From Neoechinorhynchus agilis (taxonomy: Eukaryota; Animalia; Acanthocephala): 64,000 nucleotides of DNA. Both the position numbers and the translations under genes were made by a program. The DNA lies in contig CM121341.1 of the NCBI GenBank assembly GCA_051530055.1, forward strand, positions 7,976,784 through 8,040,783, read 5' to 3'. This document shows positions 1 through 11,469 of the stretch, in pieces (positions within the stretch are counted from its first letter, which is position 1; the number at the start of each line of letters is the position of its first letter). The notes under the pieces are model-generated. The model worked only from the letters and a program-made list of their open reading frames with translations. It was not told the origin of the DNA and searched no databases.

Positions 1-101
1 TCTTCATTTGGTCGTCTTTTAGTAAGCAAAAAGCTTAGGATGAACTTGACGGGGTTGGTAGAGAACGTTTTTAATAATCTCTTCACTGCAAGTGAAGACT
101 T
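1..101 (-). CDS. Possible internal exon of an unidentified gene running off the window edge
   Basis: Open frame KSSLAVKRLLKTFSTNPVKFILSFLLTKRRPNE directly after a gtttag acceptor; family not recognised. Confidence 0.3.
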
Positions 102-494
102 CTAAACAATTATTCTAGTTTATCGGCTTTTCTTGTTTAAATTTGACAATTTTCTGCGACTAGTCAGCGGTCAGTACCATGACAAAATTCTCGTTTTTCG
201 ATTTTGTAATAACTTTGCGATATTACGGCTTTATTTTTTTAAACCCAGATTTAACCAAAGAGAATTCATTTTCGTTGACTTTCTGGAGAATAAATTTTAC
301 TAGTGAATACTCGATAGCACACCAAATCGTAAAATCGATAATTCGTTTAAATATCTCGCAGTTTAAGTTTAAAATAAAACAAGCAATAGTCTCGGACCAG
401 TTCGGAATTGTTTATTTGTGTAGTAGGTATTGTTCACTCTCAATAAAAAGAACAGCATGAAAGCGTAGCATTTTTCACAGCATGAATAAGAGTG

Positions 495-3400
495 ATGAAT
501 CGTTTTCTTAAAAACCTTTTACTTTCTCTTCATTTCAGAAGTATCTGGACTATGATCGACGTTCTAAACATTGCTTATTATTTGCTATTTGCAACATCCG
601 CTTATTGGTTAATCACGGACTTCGGAATGGTCATGGCTTATGCGCTTCTAGACTTAAGCCCTGACCTCAGTTCCTTGTTCCGCTTTGGGAAATCACGAGC
701 GCACTTGGAAGGAGCAAAATGGATCGATCAATTTAAAGGGATGATCGTAAGCAAACGATACTTTTTTCTTTTTTATATTGTCGGTATAATAGCCGCTCTT
801 GCGTTTTTGGCGACCTCAAAACATCTGAACGTCATCCCATTGAGCTATTATTTACTATTGGCTCATATCGTCCATCGGTTATTCGAAACCCAATACTTGA
901 GATCTCAACGCTGTTCGAAATCCGAGATGAGCTTTCTACACCTTATCTACGGTCTTACATTCTATCCAATCGCATTTGCAACCATTTATTCTTACCATGC
1001 CATCCACTTTGTTCAATATGAACACTCGCTGAAAACGATCGTTATTGTGATGTCGCTCTTTTTCATAACTTCACATGAACAATTTCGATGTCATGAGATA
1101 GTGCACGGATCAACGAATCGTTGGGAAAATGAACGTCAATCAATAACGTAAAGATCCTCTCTTTTTTGAATATCTCCCTAAAATTTATTTGCAAAAAAAC
1201 ATTCGTAAAAGCGGGTTTTGGTGGCTATTTCATTGGAAAAAAGAAGACTATTCCGTTGGGAAAATTACAGTCAATCAATAATGTAAAGATAGTCTTTTTT
1301 TGAATAGCTGTTTCAAATTTATTGGAAAAAGCATTCGTAAACGCGGGTTTTGGTGGCTATTTCATTTGAAAAAAGAAGACTATTCCGTTGGGAAAATTAC
1401 AGTCAATCAATAATGTAAAGATAGTCTTTTTTTGAATAGCTGTTTAAAATTTATTAGAAAAAACATTCGTAAAAGCGGGTTTTGGTGGCTATTTCATTTG
1501 AAAAAAGAGGACTATTCCGTTGGGAAAATTACAGTCAATCAATAATGTAAAGATAGTCTTTTTTTGAATAGCTGTTTCAAATTTATTAGAAAAAACATTC
1601 GTAAACGCGGGTTTTGGTGGCTATTTCATTTGAAAAAAGAAGACTATTCCGTTGGGAAAATTACAGTCAATCAATAATGTAAAGATAGTCTTTTTTTGAA
1701 TAGCTCTTTTAAATTTTTTAGAAAAAACATTCGTAAAAGCGGGTTTTGGTGGCTATTTCATTTTAAAAAAGAAGACTATTCCATTGGGGAAAATTATAGT
1801 CAATCAATAAGGTAAAGATAGTCTTTTTTTGAATAGCTGTTTCAAATTTATTGGAAAAAGCATTCGTAAAAGCGGGTTTTGGTGGCTATTTCATTTGAAA
1901 AAAGAAGACTTTTCCGTTGGGGAAATTACAGTCAATCAATAATGTAAAGATCCTTTTTTTGAATATTTCCTTTAAATTTATTTGGAAAAAAATTCATAAA
2001 CGCGGGTTTTCGTTACTATTTCATTGGAAAAAAGAAGACTATTTCGTTGGGAAAATTACAGTCAATCAATAATGTAAAGATAGTCTTTTTTTGAATAGCT
2101 CTTTTAAATTTATTAGAAAAAACATTCGTAAAAGCGGGTTTTGGTGGCTATTTCATTTGAAAAAAGAAGACTATTCCGTTGGGAAAATTACAGTCAATCA
2201 ATAATGTAAAGATAGTCTTTTTTTGAATATCTCCTTTAAATTTATTAGAAAAAACATTCGTAAAAGCGGGTTTTGGTGGCTATTTCATGTGAAAAAAGAA
2301 GACTATTCCGTTGGGGAAATTACAGTCAATCAATAATGTAAAGATCCTTTTTTGAATATCTCCTTTAAATTTATTAGAAAAAGCATTCGTAAAAGCGGGT
2401 TTTGGTGGCTATTTCATTTGAAAAAAGAAGACTATTCCGTTGGGGAAAATTACAGTCAATCAATAATGTAAAGATCCTTTTTTTGAATATTTCCTTTAAA
2501 TTTATTTGGAAAAAAATTCATAAACGCGGGTTTTCGTTACTATTTCATTGGAAAAAAGAAGACTATTCCGTTGGGAAAATTACAGTCAATCAATAATGTA
2601 AAGATAGTCTTTTTTTGAATAGCTGTTTCAAATTTATTGGAAAAAGCATTCGTAAACGCGGGTTTTGGTGGCTATTTCATTTGAAAAAAGAAGACTATTC
2701 CGTTGGGAAAATTACAGTCAATCAATAATGTAAAGATAGTCTTTTTTGAATATCTCCTTTAAATTTATTGGAAAAAGCATTCGTAAAAACGCGTTTTCCT
2801 GGCTATTTCATGTGAAAAAAGAAGACTATTCCGTTGGGGAAAATTATAGTCAATCAATAAGGTAAAGATAGTCTTTTTTTGAATATCTCCTTTAAATTTA
2901 TTAGAAAAAGCATTCGTAAACGCGGGTTTTGGTGGCTATTTCATTTGAAAAAAGAAGACTATTCCGTTGGGGAAATTACAGTCAATCAATAATGTAAAGA
3001 TCCTTTTTTTGAATATTTCCTTTAAATTTATTTGGAAAAAAATTCCTAAACGCGGATTTTCGTTACTATTTCATTTGAAAAAAGAAGACTATTCCGTTGG
3101 GGAAATTACAGTCAATCAATAATGTAAAGATAGTCTTTTTTTGAATATTTCCTTTAAATTTATTTGGAAAAAAATTCATAAACGCGGGTTTTGGTGGCTA
3201 TTTCATTTGAAAAAAGAAGACTATTCCGTTGGGGAAATTACAGTCAATCAATAATGTAAAAATCCTCTTTTTTGAATATTTCCTTTAAATTTATTTGGAA
3301 AAAAATTCATAAACGCGGGTTTTCGTTACTATTTCATTTGAAAAAAGAAGACTGAGAGCACTGTGCAAATAACTTGACCTCTGCCATCTAAAGAATCATT

Positions 3401-3831
3401 TAAATAATTATAGTCTATCAAAATATGTTATCAGGTCTAAACCGACTTTTTCATCGATTTAAACAACGATTGTTTCCATCAACTTTTAAACAGAAATTGA
3501 CGAAAGTTTTATTTTAATAACGTATTCCACACTTTTCTCCGATTCGATGATCTCTGCCTTATACGACAGTATAAGACTATCTGGTTCGGGATATAAAATT
3601 CCAAATGAACGCTTATTTCAATATTTCCTATGTCCTAATTATTTATGCGAAATGCTTATTTACATATACATTTACGCTCTGGACTACTTGAATTTTCCTC
3701 TATTGTTATGTGTGATCAATGTTATATTAAATCAATCGATTAGCACGCTATTGGCTCGAGATTATTATGTGAAAGAATTTGGAACTGATTGCTGCAAAGG
3801 GCGAAGGCTGTTCTTCTATAAATACAAATGA
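495..3831 (+). CDS. SRD5A3: Polyprenol reductase / steroid 5-alpha-reductase family; exons 495-1147 and 3570-3831
   Basis: Multi-TM N-part with HIVHRLFE and HEQFRCHEI; C-part YKIPNERLFQYFLCPNYLCEMLIY matches the family motif. A phase-2 GT-AG intron 1148-3569 (ac|gtaaag ... gacag|t) joins the frames. SRD5A3 versus TECR-like assignment is from motif recall. Confidence 0.75.
1119..3353. repeat. Tandem array, 132-bp unit, ~17 copies, mostly inside the SRD5A3-like intron
   Basis: ttccgttgggaaaattacagtcaatcaataatgtaaag recurs at 1251, 1383, 1515, 1647 and onward. Confidence 0.95.
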
Positions 3832-4331
3832 AAATTTGTTTTTAACCGACTGAGTCAATAAATGAGTGCAAGTTTAAAATAATTTTTGTTTGGTGCTAAA
3901 TACAAAAAAATGTGTCATTTTCGTTCATTGAGTTGGTCGCTTGTTTGTACTCAATGAAATTCGAATTAACAATTCCTTTTTTTTAAAATCTTATAAAAAC
4001 ATCAACGTACTACATTTTAGATGCCCAAAAAATTTTTGTAGTAACTTTAAATCCAATTTGTATGAAAATGACGTTTAATTTTGTTGCTGTGAATTCTGTG
4101 AGTTGTTTTCTTGTTGCCGGGTATTCATTTTGCATGCGTCTAAAAAGCCATTTTAGAAACAACAAAATATGTTATTTTTTAACTTTGAACATTTCCAGTC
4201 AGCCACATTTGAGTAGATAAAGAAGCGACAATTTAGTTTCGAATAAAAACGAATACAAATTTGCGACTAGTCGAACAATAAGAAATTCATAATTTATCAA
4301 ACAGAATTAATTTAAAAACACTGACAAAAAG

Positions 4332-5745
4332 TTAACTTAGTCTTCTAGATAGTGCTTGCGACCACCGTCCTGGTTGGCTACGTAAATAATCCATACTTCG
4401 ACGAGCAGTCGTAGTAAATCCCTGAATGGTTCTTTTAACGTCTTCATGACTTAAAGTTTGCCTTTGGTATCTATGAACAGTTAAAGAGCCCAACAAGAAA
4501 AGTACTAAAACGATCAGAATCGTTAACGGCGCCAACCACCAGATAATCTGCATAGCACTGATTTTCGACTTGACTTTTTTTCTTCTTTGATGAACTTCTT
4601 TAGTTAAGATAACTGGTACTTCTTTCAACATATCTTGTTTTTCTCGTTGTACGATTTTTTTAGTCTCTTCCTTCAAATACCGGCACTTTTTATTATTGTT
4701 GCAATACATTGTTTTAATGACAATTTTATGATTTTTTTTCCGATGAGCCTAATCAATAAATTGTCCTAGGGCAAGGTCTGCTGAAGTTTTCACATGACCG
4801 TTCACATATAATATCAGGAAGTTTATACTGACAAACTCCATCGAGGCAAATACCACCGGGCATACAGACTTGATCAATATTACAAGCTCTATACCAATCA
4901 ACGTAGCATATTCCACCGCCTGGAGACATCACTTGTCCTTCAGGACAATCACAATTCCCATTAGTACATCTCAGATTAGCCGTACAATCAATTGAACTCG
5001 AACACTTCTTCTCGCAATGCGTAGTATGTATCCAATAGTTTAAAGCTCCTTTAACTACAGAATCAATGTATTTTCTGCCACGATAATAAGTACCACTGTC
5101 TTTTAAAAAGTCAGTTAAAATAAACTTCTCGTGAGCGTGATATCTGTCGGCGTGTATAGAAACAACAAATGTCTTATACATAAAATTAAATAGTTCGAAA
5201 ACACCAACATTACTGTCGAATTGATTAGTGGCGTGGCTCGGTGTCAATATTACGGCTATATGCCTCGGTGAAGACATTCGAGGCTGCCAATCATCCGTTT
5301 GCCTTGTCACTTTCTGAAGTACAGACACTAACTTTCTTGTCGGAGTCGATTCAGCATCTACAGGGGCTCCATTGTCAGATTTAAAAAATTTGAGCATATA
5401 ATCAACCAATGTAGCTTCAAATTCAGACACTTCTTGTTCTGATTGTATCCGTTTCCATGTGATTGCCGTCGATGAACCCTTCGTATTGAATATATGAGCC
5501 GAAACCATTAAATGTATCGAGCTTCGGCGTATTTTGTCAATAACATCGAACACTATTTCAGGAATATTCCGCCGGAAATCCTCCATTTGAACCCGATTGT
5601 TGACCGTCAAATCGACAATAATCGCAACTTTTCCTCGGAATGGACTGGAACTACAGACTGGAGCTTGCCAACCAAACACTGAATCAGTCGTCGCAGACAT
5701 CATCAATGAAATCATCACTAACAGAAACATTCTCGTCTTTATCAT
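4332..5745 (-). CDS. Predicted type I membrane protein: signal peptide, vWA-like domain, three Cys-rich (EB/EGF-like) modules, TM helix; interrupted by a 52-nt segment at ~4714-4765
   Basis: Hydrophobic N-terminus; KVAIIVDLT...HIAVILT vWA-like pattern; C-x5-C-x5-C-x4-C modules; downstream ORF 4332-4709 supplies CNNNKKCRY and the TM IIWWLAPLTILIVLVLFLLGSL. The join is inferred. Confidence 0.6.
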
Positions 5746-5894
5746 AATGTGAGTTTTAGTGCAAATGCGTCGCTAAGTTACCTTAAGAAACGGTCTTGTT
5801 GCTAAGTTTTCGCCAAAAAAAGGTTTATTAGACCAGCCGACTTGCATCCAATCATCGATGACCACTGCGAGAGTTTGGGAAATCTCTCGCAGTT

Positions 5895-6790
5895 GTTCGA
5901 TGATTGAGAAAATAGAGATTAATTCTACTTTTTTACACAGAATATTTCTCAAGTTTCGTCTTCTTCAAGTTTTAAAAGGTGGATGTAGAGTTTTTTGTTC
6001 GATGATTGAGAAAATGGAGATTAATTCTACTTTTTCACAATATTTCTTAAGTTTCGTCTTCTTCAGGTCTAAAAAGTGGATGTAGAGTTTTTGTTCGATG
6101 ATTGAGAAAATGGAGATTTTTTCTAATTTTTTTAAAGAATATTTCTCAAATATCGTCTTCTTCAGGTTTTAAAAGGTGGATGTAGAGTTTTGTGATTGAG
6201 AAAATGGAGATTTTTTCTACTTTTTTTAAAAGAATATTTCTCAAATATCGTCTTCTTCAGGTTTTAAAAGGTGGATGTAGTTTTTTTGTTCGATGATTGA
6301 GAAAATAGAGATTAATTCTACTTTTTTAAACAGAATATTTCTCAAGTTTCGTCTTCTTCAGGCCTAAAAGATGGATGTAGAGTTTTTTGTTCGATGATTG
6401 AGAAAATGGAGATTTTTTCTAATTTTTTTTAAAGAATATTTCTCAAGTTTCGTCTTCTTCAAGTTTTAAAAGGTGGATGTAGAGTTTTGTTCGATGATTG
6501 AGAAAATGGAGATTTTTTCTACTTTTTTTACAAAGAATATTTCTCAAGTTTCGTCTTCTTCAGGCCTAAAAGGTGGATGTAGAGTTTTTTGTTCGATGAT
6601 TGAGAAAATAGAGATTAATTCTACTTTTTTAAACAGAATATTTCTTAATTTTCGTCGGACTTCTTTAAGTCTTAAAGATGGATGTAGAATTTTTTTGTTC
6701 TATGATTGAGAAAATAGAGATTAATTCTCCTTTTTTACAAAGAATATTTCTCAGGTTTCGTCTTCTTCAAGTTTTAAAAGGTTCATGTAG
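5895..6790. repeat. Tandem array, ~96-102-bp unit, ~9 copies
   Basis: gttcgatgattgagaaaat recurs at 5895, 5997, 6093 and onward. Confidence 0.95.
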
Positions 6791-6870
6791 AGTATTTTCC
6801 TTTGTTGATTTGCCGATATTTCATTCTTTTTAATTTTCTGCGTGCCGATCACACAATGAAGAAGCCAGAT

Positions 6871-7572
6871 TTATTGAGGCATTGGAACGAACCAAACCGT
6901 TCCATCTCTCAGGACCATCCAAGTGTTTCCATAACAAACATAAGACGGACTATTGGGATAAATCATTGATTGCTGTTGGGATGATTGATTAAATGGAGTG
7001 GTCAGCAATGGTTGTACACCAAAAGGCATCGAATGCGGCCATCCTTGTGAATTGTTCATTGGACTAAAAACGGTGTTGGTCACAATCTGCTGTGTTCGAT
7101 CGTTTTCTTTATCTTCTGAACTAAAGAAGCCATTTTGTTTCATAGCGCTCATGAGCATGTTCTGAAATTCTTTACAATTCCCAGCACAAGGCGAAAATGC
7201 GGTCGAATGAGATTTTCGGTATGGACCACGCTGAATAGCCACATTGACAAGAAGTTTCCTTCCACGTACACAAACGGGTTCATTTTGAGCTAAAACACGA
7301 GGTACGGACGCCTTATCTTGAAAATACACAAATCCGAATCCTCTAGGAGATCCATCGCGGTTTGTGATCGTCTTAAACAGTGTAACGTGGCCAAACTCTT
7401 GAAAAGCTTCTCGTATTTCGCTAATATCGACATCAGCCGGCAGATTCTTCACGAATATTCGATCCATGTGGACAATACCATTCGATGGCTGGTAATCAGA
7501 ATCGGCCACCAATTCAGCCCATTCCTCACAACCTCCAGGACAACCGCTAAAATTTAACCCATTCGAAGACAT
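6871..7572 (-). CDS. Single-RRM protein, boule/DAZ-like
   Basis: RNP2 IFVKNL, RNP1 RGFGFVYF, RRM ending VNVAIQR (cf. boule IGPAIRKQ), Q/P/Y-rich tail; no intron needed. Confidence 0.7.
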   Translation of the reverse strand: MSSNGLNFSGCPGGCEEWAELVADSDYQPSNGIVHMDRIFVKNLPADVDISEIREAFQEFGHVTLFKTITNRDGSPRGFGFVYFQDKASVPRVLAQNEPVCVRGRKLLVNVAIQRGPYRKSHSTAFSPCAGNCKEFQNMLMSAMKQNGFFSSEDKENDRTQQIVTNTVFSPMNNSQGWPHSMPFGVQPLLTTPFNQSSQQQSMIYPNSPSYVCYGNTWMVLRDGTVWFVPMPQ

Positions 7573-7934
7573 CAAAGCTCGCCGTTACACTAAACAAAAA
7601 AAATATCAGCGAAATTAAAGACGCTGGAAGAATCACACGCGTCTATGACGTTTGCGAAAATGTACGAAATACTTTGAAGCGCATTTCGCCGTATAGTTTC
7701 GCATTTCTTCCTATACGAACATCCACCAATGAAAACGGATGTCCGCTACACGGAAATGCTTGGTGGAATTGGAGTGGAGAATCGGTCGGAGTCGACGAAT
7801 AGGAACACTCGAAAAAACGAAAGAAATGAGAATAAACGAAGTCTCGCACAGCTTTAGGAAAAGGTTAGTCAGTTGTGGAGTATTTTTTGGAATTTAAAGA
7901 CCTTCTTCAATGGGCGAGAAAGAGAGTAAAGTGC

Positions 7935-10375
7935 TTTTTTAGAATATTTTTAATTAAAGGAGGGATTTCCGTTTAAAACGGATAAAATAGGTGATTTTTA
8001 AGGAATATTTTTAAATAAAGGAGGGATTTCCGTTTAAAACGGATAAAAAAGGTGATTTTTAAGGAATATTTTTAAATAAAGGAGGGATTTCCGTTTAAAA
8101 CGGATAAAAAAGGTGATTTTTTAGGAATATTTTTAAATAAAGGATGGATTTCCGTTTAGAACGGATAAAAAAGGTGATTTTTTTAGAATATTTTTAAATA
8201 AAGGAGGGATTTCCGTTTAAAACGGATAAAATAGGTGATTTTTAAGGAATATTTTTAAATAAAGGAGGGATTTCCGTTTAAAACGGATAAAATAGGTGAT
8301 TTTTTAGGAATATTTTTAAATAAAGGAGGGATTTCCGTTTAAAACGGATAAAAAAGGTGATTTTTTAGGAATATTTTTAAATAAAGGAGGGATTTCCGTT
8401 TAAAACGGATAAAATAGGTGATTTTTAAGGAATATTTTTAAATAAAGGAGGATTTCCGTTTAAACGGATAAAAAAGGTGATTTTTTAGAATATTTTTAAA
8501 TAAAGGATGGATTTCCGTTTAAAACGGATAAAATGGGTGATTTTTAGGAATATTTTTAAATAAAGGAGGGATTTCCGTTTAAAACGGATAAAATAGGTGA
8601 TTTTTTGGGAATATTTTTAAATAAAGGAGGGATTTCCGTTTAAAACGGATAAAAAAGGTGATTTTTTAGGAATATTTTTAAATAAAGGAGGGATTTCCGT
8701 TTAAAACGGATAAAATAGGTGATTTTTTGGGAATATTTTTAAATAAAGGAGGGATTTCCGTTTAAAACGGATAAAATAGGTGATTTTTTGGGAATATTTT
8801 TAAATAAAGGAGGGATTTCCATTTAAAACGGATAAAAAAGGTGATTTTTTGGGAATATTTTTAAATAAAGGAGGGATTTCCGTTTAAAACGGATAAAATA
8901 GGTGATTTTTTGGGAATATTTTTAAATAAAGGAGGGATTTCCATTTAAAACGGATAAAAAAGGTGATTTTTAAGGAATATTTTTAAATAAAGGAGGGATT
9001 TCCGTTTAAAACGGATAAAATAGGTGATTTTTAAGGAATATTTTTAAATAAAGGATAAATGCCCATTTAAAACGGATAAAAAAGTGATTTTTTAGAATAT
9101 TTTTAAATAAAGGAGGGATTTCCGTTTAAAACGGATAAAAAAGGTGATTTTTTTTAGAATATTTTTAAATAAAGGAGGGATTTCCGTTTAAAACGGATAA
9201 AAAAGGTGATTTTTTAGAATATTTTTAAATAAAGGAGGGATTTCCATTTAAAACGGATAAAAAAGGTGATTTTTAAGGAATATTTTTAAATAAAGGTGGG
9301 ATTTCCATTTAAAACGGATAAAAAAGGTGATTTTTTAGGAATATTTTTAAATAAAGGAGGGATTTCCGTGTAAAACGGATAAAAAAGGTGATTTTTTTAG
9401 AATATTTTTAAATAAAGGAGGGATTTCCGTTTAAAACGGATAAAATAGGTAATTTTTTGGGAATATTTTTAAATAAAGGAGGGATTTCCGTTTAAAACGG
9501 ATAAAAAAGGTGATTTTTTTGGAATATTTTTAAATAAAGGAGGGATTTCCGTTTAAAACGGATAAAATAGGTGATTTTTTGGGAATATTTTTAAATAAAG
9601 GAGGGATTTCCATTTAAAACGGATAAAAAAGGTGATTTTTAAGGAATATTTTTAAATAAAGGAGGGATTTCCATTTAAAACGGATAAAAAAGGTGATTTT
9701 TTTAGAATATTTTTAAATAAAGGAGGGATTTCTATTTAAAACGGATAAAAAAGGTGATTTTTAGGAATATTTTTAAATAAAGGATAAATGCCCATTTAAA
9801 ACGGATAAAAAAGGTGATTTTTTAGAATATTTTTAAATAAAGGAGGGATTTCCATTTAAAACGGATAAAAAAGGTGATTTTTAAGGAATATTTTTAAATA
9901 AAGGAGGGATTTCCGTTTAAAACGGATAAAAAGGTGATTTTTTAGGAATATTTTTAAATAAAGGAGGGATTTCCGTTTAAAACGGATAAAAAAGGTGATT
10001 TTTTTAGAATATTTTTAAATAAAGGATAAATGCCCATTTAAAACGGATAAAAAAGGTGATTTTTAAGGAATATTTTTAAATAAAGGAGGGATTTCCGTTT
10101 AAAACGGATAAAAAAGGTGATTTTTATTAGAATATTTTTAAATAAAGGAGGGATTTCCGTTTAAAACGGATAAAAAAGGTGATTTTTAAGGAATATTTTT
10201 AAATAAATTCGGAATTTCCGTTTAGAACGGATAAAAAGGTAATTTTTAAGGAATATTTTTAAATAAAGGATAAATACCCATTTAAAACGGATAAAAAAGG
10301 TGATTTTTATTAGAATATTTTTAAATAAATTCGGAATTTCCGTTTAGAACGGATAAAAATGTGATTTTTTCCTTG
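7935..10375. repeat. Tandem array, ~60-62-bp unit, ~40 copies
   Basis: Unit gaatatttttaaataaaggagggatttccgtttaaaacggataaaaaaggtgatttttaag. Confidence 0.97.
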
Positions 10376-11469
10376 CCTTTATCAGTGTTTCCCATTTTCT
10401 TAGACGGGGGAAAATGTTAGTTTCATTTGTGGATCTTTAATTTCCAATCTTATTTTTTTAAGAAAGAGTCACTCTTATCGACGAGAGCGAGAGTATTTAT
10501 TATATTTTTAAATAAAATCGGAATTTCCATTTAAAACGTACAGAAAAGGTGATTTTTTCTAGTTTTTGTCGTGTCCTCCCTCCTTCGTAAAGGCAGAATG
10601 TCCATTAAAACGTTTAAGAACGAACTGATCATTAAGAACTTTACTCACTCATCAAAAGATGAAATTAGTTTTAATCATAAGAACGAATATTCAACGTCTT
10701 TTTCTCCATAAATAGACTAAAGACATTATCTTCATCATCCATCTGACGGAAAGGAATATTTATAATTAAAAAAAATGTTGTTAGCTTTTAAATCAAAATT
10801 TTTGTACTCTAAAGTTGAAATACCATCTTTATCGATTTCTGTATGTTCGATTGAAATAATAAATTTGGGTGTCATATTCCTTTCACCAACTGGAATTATA
10901 GTTGCGAAAATTTTCGATGATTGCTTTAAGTATTGAATGGCTTTGTTACGAAAGGAAAAGAAGGAATATTTTTGTATTTACGTTGAACTCAAGAAATCTT
11001 TTAATATTTCACAAAAGAGATCAAATAAATTTGTTGTTCGCGAGTTCTATGAAATTGCTTCAATCGTGTTTACTTAGAATTGTTAACTTTCTAATGATAG
11101 ATAAATTATGTTCAATACAGAAGATGAATATGAACGATCGTGTGGATACTGTGTACAAATCGTCGGAGCTGGAGCATTTTGTTTACGGAAACGGTTTTCA
11201 AAATTAAGGGTCTTCAATTCTCAAAGTGTGTGTGTGAGAGATTTGAAATCTGATGTGAAGCCTTTTTTTTAAATGATTTCTATTTAATATTATTGGTGAC
11301 GTCTAAGTATACAATTTTGAGATCCCTTTTGTGTATAAATCTGTATTAAAAAATGAAGGATAAAGACGCTATTTTTTATTTCGATTTTCGAAATAATTTC
11401 TTTTTCAAAATATCGATAAGCCTAATGTAATTTTCGAATTTTATTGAACTCTATTTGAAAATCGTTCGT

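Noticed and set aside
179-460. 93-aa ORF, and similar F/I/K-rich ORFs such as 10902-11207, 15350-15646, 18542-18889, 26778-27020, 34547-35107
   Set aside because: Composition mirrors AT-rich non-coding DNA, or they overlap real genes or repeats.
1090-1110. Non-canonical donor in the SRD5A3-like gene
   Set aside because: A canonical phase-2 GTAAAG donor at 1148 joins in frame to the CAG at 3569.
4714-4762. U12 AT-AC intron for the vWA gene break
   Set aside because: The AT...AC register removes 51 nt and leaves the frames unjoined; no ATATCCT donor.
5895-6790. Hammerhead in the ~98-bp satellite (minus strand CTGAAGA-AGAC-GAAA...GAAATATT)
   Set aside because: No stem II or stem I can form, and several units read TTGAAGA or GATA; at most a remote relic.
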